Shown piece after piece: positions 1 through 9,838 of a stretch of 64,000 bases of DNA. The first letter of the stretch is position 1. Every line of letters begins with the position of its first letter. Where the stretch lies: the NCBI GenBank assembly GCA_963752285.1, contig CAVVXN010000005.1, forward strand, positions 896,001 to 960,000. Reading direction: 5' to 3'. Made by a program: the position numbers and the translations under genes. The DNA is from an uncultured Planctomycetota bacterium (GTDB lineage Bacteria > Planctomycetota > PLA2 > JAEUHO01). The notes beneath the pieces are model-generated. The model was not told where the DNA came from. It saw only the letters and a list, made by a program, of their open reading frames with translations, and searched no databases.

Positions 1-1016
1 ACGAGGAGCGCGCCCGCCGAGGCGAGCGCGACGGCGGCGACGCGGAGCGGCCGCCGCCACCGGGTCCCCAGGCGTTCCAGGCCGAGCGCCCCCGCGAGGA
101 GCACGAAGGGAACGACGGCCGCACCCGGGGCGAGGCCCGCCTCGGTCGCGTGAAGCGCGCCGCGCGACCACGGGAGCGCCGCGCGGAGCACCGTCTCGAG
201 GCCGAGGCCCGCGAGCAGGAGGACCACCACCGCGCCCTGGCCGAGGAGTCGCGGCGCGCCGACGACGAGGGCGGGGAGCAGGACGAGCACCGCAGCGGCC
301 GCGAGGAGCAGGAGCAGCGCCGGGACGCCGCCGGCCTCGCCCTGGAGCGGGGGGAGCGTCACGAAGACCACCGCGAGCACCGCGAGGAGCGCCATGGCCG
401 CGCGCGCGACGGGCGCGCGCTCGCGGAGAACGGCGAACGCGACGAGGCCCGGCACCTGCACCGCGGCCAGCGGGTCCGCGAGGGGGAGCAGGATCGCGGC
501 GAGGGCGCCCCCGCGGCGCATGCGGGGACCGGACGCGAGGAGGAGCGGGGGCGCGACGAGGAGGAGCACGCCCTCGAGCGCCGCGGCGCCCGTCGCGGGC
601 CCGCCGGCGCCGAGCACGGCGACCGGGTCGAGGGCCGCGAGGAGCGCCGCCCACGCGGCGGCGGCGCGGAGCCCCGGCAAGCGGCGCCCCCAGGCGAGGA
701 GGAGCGGGACCCAGAGCACGCCCAGCGCGAGGCCGGTCGCCCGGAGCGCCCGCGTGGGCGTCATCCCCACGGCGATCCCGGGAAGACAGAGCGCGGGGAG
801 CAGCGGCCCCGTGCCCTCCGAGCCCGGGGGCATGGCGAGACGGCCGTGCGCGATCGCGTCCGCGCGCGTCGCGACCGCCGCCGCCTCGGGACCGAGCGGG
901 AGGTCGAGGGACGAGAGCCTCAGGACGAGCGCGGCGAACACGACGAGCAGCACGCGCAGGATGCGGCGCGGACCCGGCTCGACGGCGGGCGGCGGCCCGG
1001 TCCCGGTCGCGCTCAC
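1..1016 (-). CDS. Polytopic membrane protein, possibly glycosyltransferase/flippase-like; 3' end runs off the window
   Basis: GTG at 1016 overlaps the epimerase stop (GTGA). Translation MSATGTGPPPAVEPGPRRILRVLLVVFAALVLRL... has many hydrophobic segments and follows NDP-sugar genes. Not in the ORF track, presumably because it has no stop in the window. Confidence 0.55.
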   Translation of the reverse strand, partial: MSATGTGPPPAVEPGPRRILRVLLVVFAALVLRLSSLDLPLGPEAAAVATRADAIAHGRLAMPPGSEGTGPLLPALCLPGIAVGMTPTRALRATGLALGVLWVPLLLAWGRRLPGLRAAAAWAALLAALDPVAVLGAGGPATGAAALEGVLLLVAPPLLLASGPRMRRGGALAAILLPLADPLAAVQVPGLVAFAVLRERAPVARAAMALLAVLAVVFVTLPPLQGEAGGVPALLLLLAAAAVLVLLPALVVGAPRLLGQGAVVVLLLAGLGLETVLRAALPWSRGALHATEAGLAPGAAVVPFVLLAGALGLERLGTRWRRPLRVAAVALASAGALL

Positions 1017-1993
1017 GCCGAGGACGACGTGCTCCGGGGGAGCTTCACGCTCTTCCCCAGTGAGCGCCGATACCAGAGCATCGTCTTGACGAGGCCCTCG
1101 TGGAGGCCGACGCGCGGCCGGAAGCCGAGCACCTCCTGGGCCTTGATCGTCTCGGCGAGGCTGTGGCGGACGTCGGCCGGGCGCGCGTCCTTGTAGTCCG
1201 GCTGCACCTCGATCTCGAGCAGCTGGTTGAACACGGCGAGGAGACCCGAAACGCTGACGCGGCTGCCGGACGCGATGTTGAAGACCTCGCCCTCCGCCTT
1301 CGGCGCGGTGCACGCGAGGCGGAACGCCTCGACGACGTCCGACACGTGGACGAAGTCGCGCGATTGCTTGCCGTCGCCGTAGATCAGCGGCTGCTTGCCG
1401 CGGAGGAGCGACGAGATGAACTTCGCCACCACGCCGCTGTCGGCGTCGTCGGGCGTCTCCTGCGGACCGTACACGTTGAAGAGGCGGAGGCAGACCGTCT
1501 CCACGCGGTACGTGGCGTAGAAGACCCGCATCAGGTCCTCGGCGACGAGACACGCGGCGCCGTACGGGCTGTACGGCGTCGGGAGCATCGCCTCCTCCTT
1601 CGGGAGGACGGGGCTCTCGCCGTAGACCGCGCACGACGAGGGCAGGATCACGCGTTTCACCTTGAGGTCGCGCGCGGCGATCAGCGCGTTGAGGGTCCCC
1701 TTCGCCGCGACGTCCACCGTCTCCTCGGGGTCCCGGACCGAGCGCTCGACACCGGACACGCCGGCCAGGTGGAGCAGGTAGTCGCAGCCCTTCGCGGCCT
1801 TCTTGAGCTCCTTGCCGTCCCGGACGTCGCCCTCCACGAGGCGGACCTCGGTCTGCTTGTAGTCCTGGACGCGCCGCTTCTGGCCCCGGCGGAGGTCGTC
1901 GTACACGACGACCTTGTCGCCCCCGGCGACGAGCGCCTCGACGAGGTTCGAACCGATGAACCCGGCGCCCCCGGTGACCAGGTACTTCGCCAT
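1013..1993 (-). CDS. NAD-dependent epimerase/dehydratase (extended SDR)
   Basis: MAKYLVTGGAGFIGS Rossmann motif, LRLFNVYGP, GDGKQSRDFVHVSDVV; the YxxxK motif reads YGAAC. Confidence 0.9.
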   Translation of the reverse strand: MAKYLVTGGAGFIGSNLVEALVAGGDKVVVYDDLRRGQKRRVQDYKQTEVRLVEGDVRDGKELKKAAKGCDYLLHLAGVSGVERSVRDPEETVDVAAKGTLNALIAARDLKVKRVILPSSCAVYGESPVLPKEEAMLPTPYSPYGAACLVAEDLMRVFYATYRVETVCLRLFNVYGPQETPDDADSGVVAKFISSLLRGKQPLIYGDGKQSRDFVHVSDVVEAFRLACTAPKAEGEVFNIASGSRVSVSGLLAVFNQLLEIEVQPDYKDARPADVRHSLAETIKAQEVLGFRPRVGLHEGLVKTMLWYRRSLGKSVKLPRSTSSSA

Positions 1994-2175
1994 CTCGGGA
2001 TCCCCTGGGAGGTGCGGCCCTCGGTCGGTTCGGGCCCCGACGCGGACGAATGGGCCCCCGGCGGACCGGACCGAGGGCGAGACAGTATGCGGGCCGGGCC
2101 CACCGCCCCAAGGAAATGCGGCCTTGCGCCGGGTCGTGGCGGCCAGGCGGACGCGCGGGCGGGACCGGGCGGGGG

Positions 2176-3117
2176 TCAGCGCGCGACGGGGTGCCTCTCC
2201 CTGTACCACGCGACCGTGCGGGCGAGGCCCTCGCGGAGCGGGACCTTCGGGGTCCACCCGAGCGCGCGGGCCCGCGTGAGGTCCGGCTCGCGACGCTTCG
2301 GGTCGTCCACCATCCCCTCCCGGTGCTCGACGGGGGCGTCGCTCCCCGTGACCTCCTTCATGAGCTCGGCGAAGTCGAGGATCGAGAGCTCCCCCACCTG
2401 CCCGATGTTCACCGGGAACCCGTCGCCTCTCTCGAGCACCGTCAGGATGCCGGCCACGGTGTCGGACACGTACGAGAAGGAGCGCGTCTGCTCGCCCGAG
2501 CCGTGCACGGGCAACGGACGGTTCTGCTCGGCGGCGTCCAGGAACGCCGGGAGCACGCGACCGTCGTCGAGCCGCATGCGCGGTCCGTACGTGTTGAAGA
2601 TGCGCACGATCTGCGTGCCGAGGTGGTGGACCTGGCGGTAGGCCATCGTCATCGCCTCGGCGAACCGCTTCGCCTCGTCGTACACGCCGCGGGGCCCGAC
2701 CGGGTTCACGTGTCCCCAGTACGACTCCGGCTGCGGGTGCACCTCGGGGTCGCCGTAGACCTCGCTCGTGCTCGCGAGGAGGAACTTCGCGTTCTTGGCC
2801 CTCGCGAGGCCGAGCGCGTTGTGCGTTCCGAGCCCGCCGGCCTTGAGCGTCTGGATCGGCATCTCGAGGTAGTCGCGGGGCGAGGCCGGGCTCGCGAAGT
2901 GGAGGACGGCGTCCACGTGGCCGGTGACGCCGATGCCGTCGCAGACGTCGCGGCGCACCACCTCGAGCGCCTCTTCGCCGCGGTGGTGCGCCAGGTTGTC
3001 GGCCGACCCGGTCGAGAAGTTGTCCACCACGACGACCCGGTCGCCGCGTTCGAGGAAGGCGTCCACGAGGTGGGACCCGAGGAACCCCGCTCCGCCCGTG
3101 ATCACGACTCTGGCCAC
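2176..3117 (-). CDS. UDP-glucuronate decarboxylase (UXS)-like SDR
   Basis: [60 protein letters not shown]. Confidence 0.9.
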   Translation of the reverse strand: MARVVITGGAGFLGSHLVDAFLERGDRVVVVDNFSTGSADNLAHHRGEEALEVVRRDVCDGIGVTGHVDAVLHFASPASPRDYLEMPIQTLKAGGLGTHNALGLARAKNAKFLLASTSEVYGDPEVHPQPESYWGHVNPVGPRGVYDEAKRFAEAMTMAYRQVHHLGTQIVRIFNTYGPRMRLDDGRVLPAFLDAAEQNRPLPVHGSGEQTRSFSYVSDTVAGILTVLERGDGFPVNIGQVGELSILDFAELMKEVTGSDAPVEHREGMVDDPKRREPDLTRARALGWTPKVPLREGLARTVAWYRERHPVAR

Positions 3118-3223
3118 GTCGTCCTCCCGGCGCCGGCCCGCCCCGGCGGGGCGCGAGGATACCCGGCGCCGCGGCGCGCGGACCGCGCCGCCGGACCGAC
3201 CCTCGCCCTCCGCCCGCCCCGCG

Positions 3224-4564
3224 CTACGCGCTCAGGGCCTCGTCGAGGAACCGCGTCGAGTAGTCGCCGCGGACGAAGTACGCGTCGCGAAGGACGCGGC
3301 GGAGGAGGGGGATGGTGGTCTTGACGCCCTCGATCTCGTACTCGTCGAGCGCGCGCTGCATGCGGAGGATGGCCTCGTCGCGCGTGTCCGCGTGCACGAG
3401 GAGCTTGCCGATCATGCTGTCGTAGTTCGGCGGGATGCGGTACCCGGCCTCCACGTGGCTGTCGATCCGCACGCCCGGCCCGCCGGGCACGCGGTAGCGG
3501 GTGATCGTCCCGGGGGAGGGCGCGAACTTCCGGTCGGGATCCTCGGCGTTCACCCGGCACTCGATCGCGTGGCCGCGCGGCTTCACGTCGTCCTGCCGGA
3601 TCGAGAGTCCCTCCCCCGCGGCCACGCGGATCTGCTCCTTCACGAGGTCGATGCCGGTCACGAGCTCGGTGACCGGGTGCTCGACCTGGATGCGCGCGTT
3701 CACCTCGATGAAGAAGAAGGAGCGATCCTGGACCAGGAACTCGACGGTGCCCGCACCGTGGTAGCCGACCGACTTCGCGAGCTTCACGGCGGCGCGGCCC
3801 ATCTTGCGACGGAGGTCGTTCGCGATGCCGGGGCTCGGGCTCTCCTCGATCACCTTTTGATGCCGGCGCTGGACCGAGCAGTCCCGGTCGCCGAGGTGGA
3901 TCACGTTTCCCTGGCGGTCCGCGAGGATCTGGAACTCGACGTGCCGCGGCTCGGGCAGGTACTTCTCGATGTAGATGGACGAATCGCCGAATGCGGTCTC
4001 GGCCTCGGACCGCGCCGAGGAGAGGTTGTGCACGAGCGAGATGTCGTTGTTGGCCACGCGCATGCCGCGCCCGCCGCCGCCGGACACGGCCTTGATGAGC
4101 ACGGGGTAGCCCACCTGGCGGGCGACCTTCAGCGCCTCCTCGTCGTTCCGTACCGGGCCGTCGCTTCCCTCGACCAGCGGGATCCCGACGCTGGCCGCGG
4201 CGCGCCGGGCCTCGGCCTTGTCGCCGACGCGGCGGATCGTCTCGACGTCGGGCCCGATGAACTCGATGTTGTTCGCTCGACACACCTCGGCGAAGTGCGC
4301 GTTCTCGGAGAGGAAGCCGTAGCCCGGGTGCACGGCGTCCACGTTCGCGATCTCGGCGGCCGAGATGATGCTGGGGATCGACAGGTACGACTGCGCGCTC
4401 GACGGCGGGCCGATGCAGATCGACTCGTCGGCCTGCTCGAGGTACGAGGCCGACGCGTCGGCCGTCGAGTAGACCACGACGCTCTCGATGCCCATCTCGC
4501 GACACGCCCGGATCACCCGGAGGGCGATCTCGCCGCGGTTCGCGATCAGGATGCGCTCGAACAT
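3224..4564 (-). CDS. accC: Acetyl-CoA carboxylase, biotin carboxylase subunit
   Basis: [55 protein letters not shown]. Confidence 0.97.
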   Translation of the reverse strand: MFERILIANRGEIALRVIRACREMGIESVVVYSTADASASYLEQADESICIGPPSSAQSYLSIPSIISAAEIANVDAVHPGYGFLSENAHFAEVCRANNIEFIGPDVETIRRVGDKAEARRAAASVGIPLVEGSDGPVRNDEEALKVARQVGYPVLIKAVSGGGGRGMRVANNDISLVHNLSSARSEAETAFGDSSIYIEKYLPEPRHVEFQILADRQGNVIHLGDRDCSVQRRHQKVIEESPSPGIANDLRRKMGRAAVKLAKSVGYHGAGTVEFLVQDRSFFFIEVNARIQVEHPVTELVTGIDLVKEQIRVAAGEGLSIRQDDVKPRGHAIECRVNAEDPDRKFAPSPGTITRYRVPGGPGVRIDSHVEAGYRIPPNYDSMIGKLLVHADTRDEAILRMQRALDEYEIEGVKTTIPLLRRVLRDAYFVRGDYSTRFLDEALSA

Positions 4565-4577
4565 CGAGCCGCCCGCG

Positions 4578-5051
4578 CTACGCGACCTTCACGCGGAACA
4601 GCGGCTCGTCGAACTCCACCGGCTGCCCGTCGTCCACGAGGATCTCGACGATCTCGCCGGCCATCTCCGCCTTGATCTCGTTGTTGACCTTCATCGCCTC
4701 GACGATGCACACGACGGTCTCGGGCTCGACAACGTCGCCCACCTCGACGTAGGGCTCCGACTCGGGGCTCGGCCGCCGGTAGAAGGTCCCGACCATCGGG
4801 GACGGGATGACCCGGGTGCCCGGCACCTCCGCGGGAGCGCCCGGCGCGGGCGCCTCGCCGGCGGCGGGCCCTGGGGCGAGGGGCATCGCCACCGACGCCG
4901 GCAGGGGGAACGCCGCCTGCGGCGCGGCGGTGAACACGGGGGGGCCCGGCTTTCGCAGCGAGACGCGGAACCCCTCCTGTTCGAGCTCGAGCTCGATCAG
5001 CCCGTTGTCGTTCATGAGCTGAACGAGCTTCTTGAGCTCCCGATGATCCAT
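4578..5051 (-). CDS. accB: Biotin carboxyl carrier protein
   Basis: [13 protein letters not shown] biotinylation motif, Pro/Ala linker; directly upstream of accC. Confidence 0.96.
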   Translation of the reverse strand: MDHRELKKLVQLMNDNGLIELELEQEGFRVSLRKPGPPVFTAAPQAAFPLPASVAMPLAPGPAAGEAPAPGAPAEVPGTRVIPSPMVGTFYRRPSPESEPYVEVGDVVEPETVVCIVEAMKVNNEIKAEMAGEIVEILVDDGQPVEFDEPLFRVKVA

Positions 5052-5124
5052 GCGCCCGATGCTCCCGCCGATCGCCGCCCGGCTCCGCCGAACCCGGGAC
5101 TCTACGGGTCGCTCGCGAACCCTG

Positions 5125-6177
5125 TCAAGGAACGCGCTCTCCGGTCGCAAGACCGGGCCGGGGCGCGGCACCCAGGCCGAGCACGTCCTCGGCGATCTGG
5201 ACGGCGTTCAGGGCCGCGCCCTTCCGGAGCTGGTCGCCCGTCAGCCACAGGTCGATCGCCCCTCGCCGCCCGGGGTCCCGGCGGATGCGGCCCACGAGCA
5301 CGGGGTCCCCCCCCTCGGCGTCGCGCGGCGTGGGGAACACAAGCGACGCCGGGTCGTCCACCACGCGCACGCCCGGGGCCTCTTCGAGCCACGCGCGCAC
5401 GTCGTCCGGCGACACGTCCGACTCGAACTCGACGTTCACCGCCTCGCTGTGGGCCCGTCGGACCGGCACGCGGACGCAGGTCGCGCTCACGGCGAGGTCG
5501 GGCCGTCCGAGGATGCGCCGCGTCTCGTGCACCATCTTCCACTCTTCCGTGGTGAGGCCCGCGTCGCCGAAGGCCTGCACGAAGGGCAGGACGTTCCCGT
5601 GGATCGGTTTCGGGTAGACCTCTTTCGTGAGCGGCCGGCCCCGCAGCTCGTCGTCCATCTGGGACCGTAGCTCGTGGAGCCCCCGCGCGCCGCTCCCCGA
5701 CACGGCCTGGTAGGTCGAGCACACCACGCGCCGGACTCGGCACCGCCGGTCGAGCGGCGCGAGGACCACGACCAGGAGGATCGTCGAGCAGTTGGGGTTC
5801 GCGACGATGCCCCGGTGCCCACGCGCCTCGGCGCCGTTCACCTCGGGCACGACGAGCGGCACGTCCGGGTCCATCCGGAACGCCGACGAGTTGTCCACCA
5901 CGAGCGCGCCCGCCGCGGCCGCGCGGGGCGCGTGCTCGCGACTCCGGTCGCCGCCCGCCGAGAAGAACGCCACGTCCACGCCCGCGAACGACTCGGTCCC
6001 GAGCGGGGTCACCGGCACGGGGTCGCCGCGGAACGAGACGGCCGTGCCCGCGGACCGCGCGGACGCGAGGCAGCGCAGTCGCCCCACGGGGAAGCTCCGC
6101 TGCTCGAGCACCTGGAGGAGCTCGCGACCGACGGCGCCCGTGGCGCCCGCGATCGCGACGTCGAACCCGCGGGTCAT
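5125..6177 (-). CDS. asd: Aspartate-semialdehyde dehydrogenase
   Basis: GATGAVG, VDNSSAFRM, VPEVN, ANPNCST, TCVRVPV, DQLRKGAALNAVQIAE. Confidence 0.96.
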   Translation of the reverse strand: MTRGFDVAIAGATGAVGRELLQVLEQRSFPVGRLRCLASARSAGTAVSFRGDPVPVTPLGTESFAGVDVAFFSAGGDRSREHAPRAAAAGALVVDNSSAFRMDPDVPLVVPEVNGAEARGHRGIVANPNCSTILLVVVLAPLDRRCRVRRVVCSTYQAVSGSGARGLHELRSQMDDELRGRPLTKEVYPKPIHGNVLPFVQAFGDAGLTTEEWKMVHETRRILGRPDLAVSATCVRVPVRRAHSEAVNVEFESDVSPDDVRAWLEEAPGVRVVDDPASLVFPTPRDAEGGDPVLVGRIRRDPGRRGAIDLWLTGDQLRKGAALNAVQIAEDVLGLGAAPRPGLATGERVP

Positions 6178-6692
6178 GTCCCTGCCTCCGACCGGGTCCA
6201 GCGGCCCGAACGTCCACCGTCCTTCTCGAGGAGGCGCACGCGCTCGATGGTCGCGGCGCGGTCCACGCCCTTGACCATGTCGTAGAGCGCGAGGGCCGCG
6301 GCCGACGCGGCCACCAACGCCTCCATCTCGACGCCGGTCCGGTCGAACGCCACGACGCGGGTCTCGACCCGGACGCTCGTCGGCCCGCCTGGCGCGACGT
6401 CCACTTCCACGGCGTCGAGGCGCAGCGGATGACAGAGCGGGACCCAGTCCGAGGTCCGCTTCGCCGCCTGGATCCCGGCGAGGCGCGCCACCGCCGCCGC
6501 GTCGCCCTTGGCGAGGCGCCCGGACCGGAACGCCTCGACCGTCTCCGGGCGAAGCACGACGAAGGCCTCGGCGCGCGCGAACCGGCGCGTGGACGGCTTG
6601 GCCGACACGTCCACCATCCGCGCGCGGCCCTGCTCGTCGAGGTGGCCGGGGGCGTCGCGCGGGGCTCTCACGTCGGAACCGTCCTCCGGCAT
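6174..6692 (-). CDS. moaC: Cyclic pyranopterin monophosphate synthase MoaC
   Basis: HLDEQGRARMVDVSAK, AKRTSDWVPLCHPL, TGVEMEAL, LYDMVKGVDR, LLEKDGGRSG. Confidence 0.95.
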   Translation of the reverse strand: MPEDGSDVRAPRDAPGHLDEQGRARMVDVSAKPSTRRFARAEAFVVLRPETVEAFRSGRLAKGDAAAVARLAGIQAAKRTSDWVPLCHPLRLDAVEVDVAPGGPTSVRVETRVVAFDRTGVEMEALVAASAAALALYDMVKGVDRAATIERVRLLEKDGGRSGRWTRSEAGT

Positions 6693-6817
6693 GGCCGGCA
6701 TCGTACGGCAGCGGCTCGGCCTCCCGCCGCGACGGGGGCGCCCGGACCCGCAACGCCGCGGTCGCCGCCGCCCCCACCCCCAGGGGCCGCGGCCGGCGGC
6801 CGTCGGCACCCGACCGG

Positions 6818-8338
6818 TCAGTCTCCGCGGAGCGCGATCGCCTCCCGGACGTGGGGCACGTCCACCTCGGCCGACCCCTCGAGGTCGGCGATCGTGCGCG
6901 CGACGCGGAGGACACGATGGATGCCGCGCCCGGTGAGCGAGAGGCCCCGGGCGCGCTCGACCAGGAGGCGCTCGGCGGCCCCGGTCGCGTCCACCGCGGC
7001 GGGGAGCGCGCGCGCCGGGAGCCGCGCGTTCCACGGCCGCGGAAACCGGTTCCGCCGGGCGCGGTCCACCTGCGCCGCGCACGCGCGGTCGAGCGCGGCG
7101 GTGGCCTGGGGGTCGGGCGGCGGCGCCGGACCGACCAGCTCCGCCGCGTCCACGCCCTCCACCTGGACCTGGAGGTCGAACCGGTCGCGGAGGGGGCCGG
7201 AGATCCGCGACCGGTACTTGCGGACGTCCTTCTCGGAGCACTTGCAGCGCGCGCCCGGGGCGCCCGCCCAGCCGCAGGGGCACGGGTTCATCGCCGCGAC
7301 GAGCACGACCTCCGCGGGGAGCCGCGCGCGGCCGGTCGCCCGGCCCAGCACGAGGTAGCCGTCCTCGAGCGGCTGGCGCAGGGACTCCAGGTGCGCGCGC
7401 GGGAACTCGGGCAGCTCGTCGAGGAAGAGGACGCCCAAGTGCGCCAGGCTCACCTCGCCCGGACGGAGCACCGTGCCGCCGCCTACCAGGCCCGCCAGAC
7501 TCGTCGTGTGGTGGGGCGCGCGGAAGGGCCGTTCGGTGAGGAGCCCGCCTTCGAGGAGGCCCGCGATGCTGTGCACGCGGCTCGCCTCGACGGACTCCTC
7601 CCAGGTGAGGTCGGGAAGGAGTCCTTGCACCGCGCGTGCGAGGAGCGTCTTTCCCGCGCCCGGCGGTCCACAGAGGAGGAGGTTGTGCGCGCCGGCGGCG
7701 GCGATCCGGGCGGCCCGGAGCCCGAACCGCTGTCCGCGCACGGCGGGCGCGGCGGCGCGCCGCGTCCGGGGCGTCCACGGGCGGGGCGTGACGACCGGCA
7801 GCGGCCGCTCGCCGGTCATGTGCCCCACCGCGTCCACGAGGGACCGAACCGCCACGACCTCGACGCCCGGCACCGCCGCGGCCTCGGCGGCGTTCGCGCT
7901 CGGGACGAGTACGCGCGTCACACGCTGGCGGCGTGCGGCCTCGGTCGCTGCCAGGACGCCTCGGACGCCCCGCACGCGCCCGTCCAACGCGAGCTCGCCG
8001 AGGCAGAGCCAGCCCGCGAGCCCGTCGGGCGCCCGGAGCACGCCGCCGGCGGCTAAGACGCCGAGCGCGATCGGGAGGTCGAGGGCCGAGCCCTCCTTCC
8101 GCGCCGCCGCCGGCGCGAGGTTCACCATGACGCGGAGCCAGGGCCATCCCCATCCGCCGTGCACGACCGCCGCGCGCACCCGTTCGCGACCCTCCCGGAG
8201 CGCGCTGTCCGGAAGCCCGACGACCCGGAAGTAGCCCTCGCCGTCCTCGTCGGGGCCCGAGACCGCCACCTGGACGTCCACGAGGCGCGCCTCGGCCCCG
8301 AAGACCGTCGCCCCCGTCAGCCGGACGAAGTACCGCAT
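6818..8338 (-). CDS. comM: YifB/ComM family Mg-chelatase-like AAA+ ATPase (intact)
   Basis: VVGLPD, VNLAPA, DLPIALG, GPPGAGKT, PFRAPHHT, PGEVSLAHLGVLFLDELPEF, AMNPCPCG, ARTIADL. Confidence 0.93.
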   Translation of the reverse strand: MRYFVRLTGATVFGAEARLVDVQVAVSGPDEDGEGYFRVVGLPDSALREGRERVRAAVVHGGWGWPWLRVMVNLAPAAARKEGSALDLPIALGVLAAGGVLRAPDGLAGWLCLGELALDGRVRGVRGVLAATEAARRQRVTRVLVPSANAAEAAAVPGVEVVAVRSLVDAVGHMTGERPLPVVTPRPWTPRTRRAAAPAVRGQRFGLRAARIAAAGAHNLLLCGPPGAGKTLLARAVQGLLPDLTWEESVEASRVHSIAGLLEGGLLTERPFRAPHHTTSLAGLVGGGTVLRPGEVSLAHLGVLFLDELPEFPRAHLESLRQPLEDGYLVLGRATGRARLPAEVVLVAAMNPCPCGWAGAPGARCKCSEKDVRKYRSRISGPLRDRFDLQVQVEGVDAAELVGPAPPPDPQATAALDRACAAQVDRARRNRFPRPWNARLPARALPAAVDATGAAERLLVERARGLSLTGRGIHRVLRVARTIADLEGSAEVDVPHVREAIALRGD

Positions 8339-8389
8339 CGACGTACATCGCGCGGCACGCACGACCGGTCACGGCGCGCGACCGGATCG

Positions 8390-8740
8390 GACGCCCTCCA
8401 CGCCCCCGGCCTGCTCGCGCAGGCGCTGATCGAGCGCGAGATCCGGGCCGGCATGCGGCGAGAGGGAATCGGATCGCTCGAGATCTGCCCCGAAGAGCGA
8501 CCGAGCGCCTGCCCCACGGCCCCGCAGATCCTCCGCCTCTTCGCCTGCGCCGAGCGGCATGGGCTACGGGCCGAGGGGCGCCGCGTCCGGTCCCTCCCCC
8601 CGCCGTTTCCCCCGATCCAGACGGAGGTCCTGCATTTGCTCGGCGTACCCCGAGCTGCTTTCCACCGCTCCGCGGGAACCCGAATCGGAGGGCTCCGAAA
8701 ACCGCGGGAAACCGCGACCGGAATGTGCGGAATGTGAGGC
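8390..8740 (+). pseudogene. IS1634-family transposase C-terminal remnant with probable right end
   Basis: LLAQALIEREIRAGMRREGI..I.PEER....PTA..ILRLF...ERH...Q.EVLHLLGVP resembles IS1634 C-termini; followed by ...atgtgcggaatgtgag. Confidence 0.6.
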
Positions 8741-8921
8741 GCGCCGGATGCGGATGGCGGGCTTGGCAAGCGTCCGCCCACGGAAGCGGCCGACCGTGCG
8801 ATGGCCGAGAGCTATCCGGCGCGCCCAGACGCCCGGGGCCTAGCCCCCCGCAACCCCGCTGAGATTGCGCCCATCTCTCTTGACGAAGCCGGATCACGAA
8901 GCACACATGTCTGCACTTGCA

Positions 8922-9647
8922 TCACAGATACGGTGCAACGCGCTGAAAAGTATCTGTGTCGTCGAGCGCCTTGCGCGCATCACTGGCGAGATCTGCCAGA
9001 GTGCGCGCCAGATGGGCAGTGCGGCTTCTGTTGAGAGAGCGCAACTCTTCGGACGACCTGGCATCGCTGACAGCTGGCAAGTATGTAGACCGGGCCCACT
9101 CTCGGAACTCGAGCCAGCGCGTCACGAATATCCTCCGCACGGCAGCGGCTTCGCCCGAAGTTAGCGACGGCCCGTTCTTTTGAATCAAAGCCTGCCGATT
9201 GGCCCACACCGCTCGCAGATACTCGTTGACGTCATTGTCATGGAGACTAACGACAAGCGTCTGGAAGCGATCAGCGCTTTGGAAACTACGTGATGCCTCA
9301 TCGAAGAGCTCTGAGCTCGAGAACTGCGGAGCCGCATAGTGAGCCACTATAGCCTGTCTTGTATCCTCAACATCTCCAAGAGGGACATCATTGTGTTTCT
9401 CACTGAGGTCACGAACACGCTCCTGCAAATCCCTGATAGTACCTTCTCGAGCTGCCAGCTCCTGCCGCAGTGTTTGCACTTCACTGTCCGCTATAGCACA
9501 ACTTAGGTGCGGCTCGGACGGTGCTCGTACGTTCGGATGGTCGAGCGCCGGCACGCCCGGACGCGGTGCTGCACCACCGATCCAGAGCGCCCCTGCGCCG
9601 AGACCCAACAGGAAGCTCACAGCGGATGCGAGGAGTACCCTGCCCAT
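8922..9647 (-). CDS. Hypothetical N-terminally anchored protein with coiled coil and helical C-terminus
   Basis: 241 aa ORF, N-terminal hydrophobic helix (VLLASAVSFLLGLGAGALWI), heptad stretch EVQTLRQELAAREGTIRDLQERVRDL; ggag RBS upstream. Confidence 0.7.
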   Translation of the reverse strand: MGRVLLASAVSFLLGLGAGALWIGGAAPRPGVPALDHPNVRAPSEPHLSCAIADSEVQTLRQELAAREGTIRDLQERVRDLSEKHNDVPLGDVEDTRQAIVAHYAAPQFSSSELFDEASRSFQSADRFQTLVVSLHDNDVNEYLRAVWANRQALIQKNGPSLTSGEAAAVRRIFVTRWLEFREWARSTYLPAVSDARSSEELRSLNRSRTAHLARTLADLASDARKALDDTDTFQRVAPYL

Positions 9648-9838
9648 GGTTGCTCCCGATCATGGATTGGACGAGACGGACGTCACGGCCCTACCCACCC
9701 TGAATTCCACCGCGACAGCAATGGGGTACGAGCACTCCCCAATCGTGAAAGAGTACGTGACCGTTCCCGTGGAGGTTGCGTTTCCTGTGCCACCTGCCAT
9801 GCGTTGCGCAACCATGCAAAGTATCGCGGGATTCGCGC

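Noticed and set aside
6818..8338. comM/yifB as the integration site of the island
   Set aside because: comM is a known hotspot, but here the frame is full length and uninterrupted; the island begins upstream of it and no recombinase or att repeats were found.
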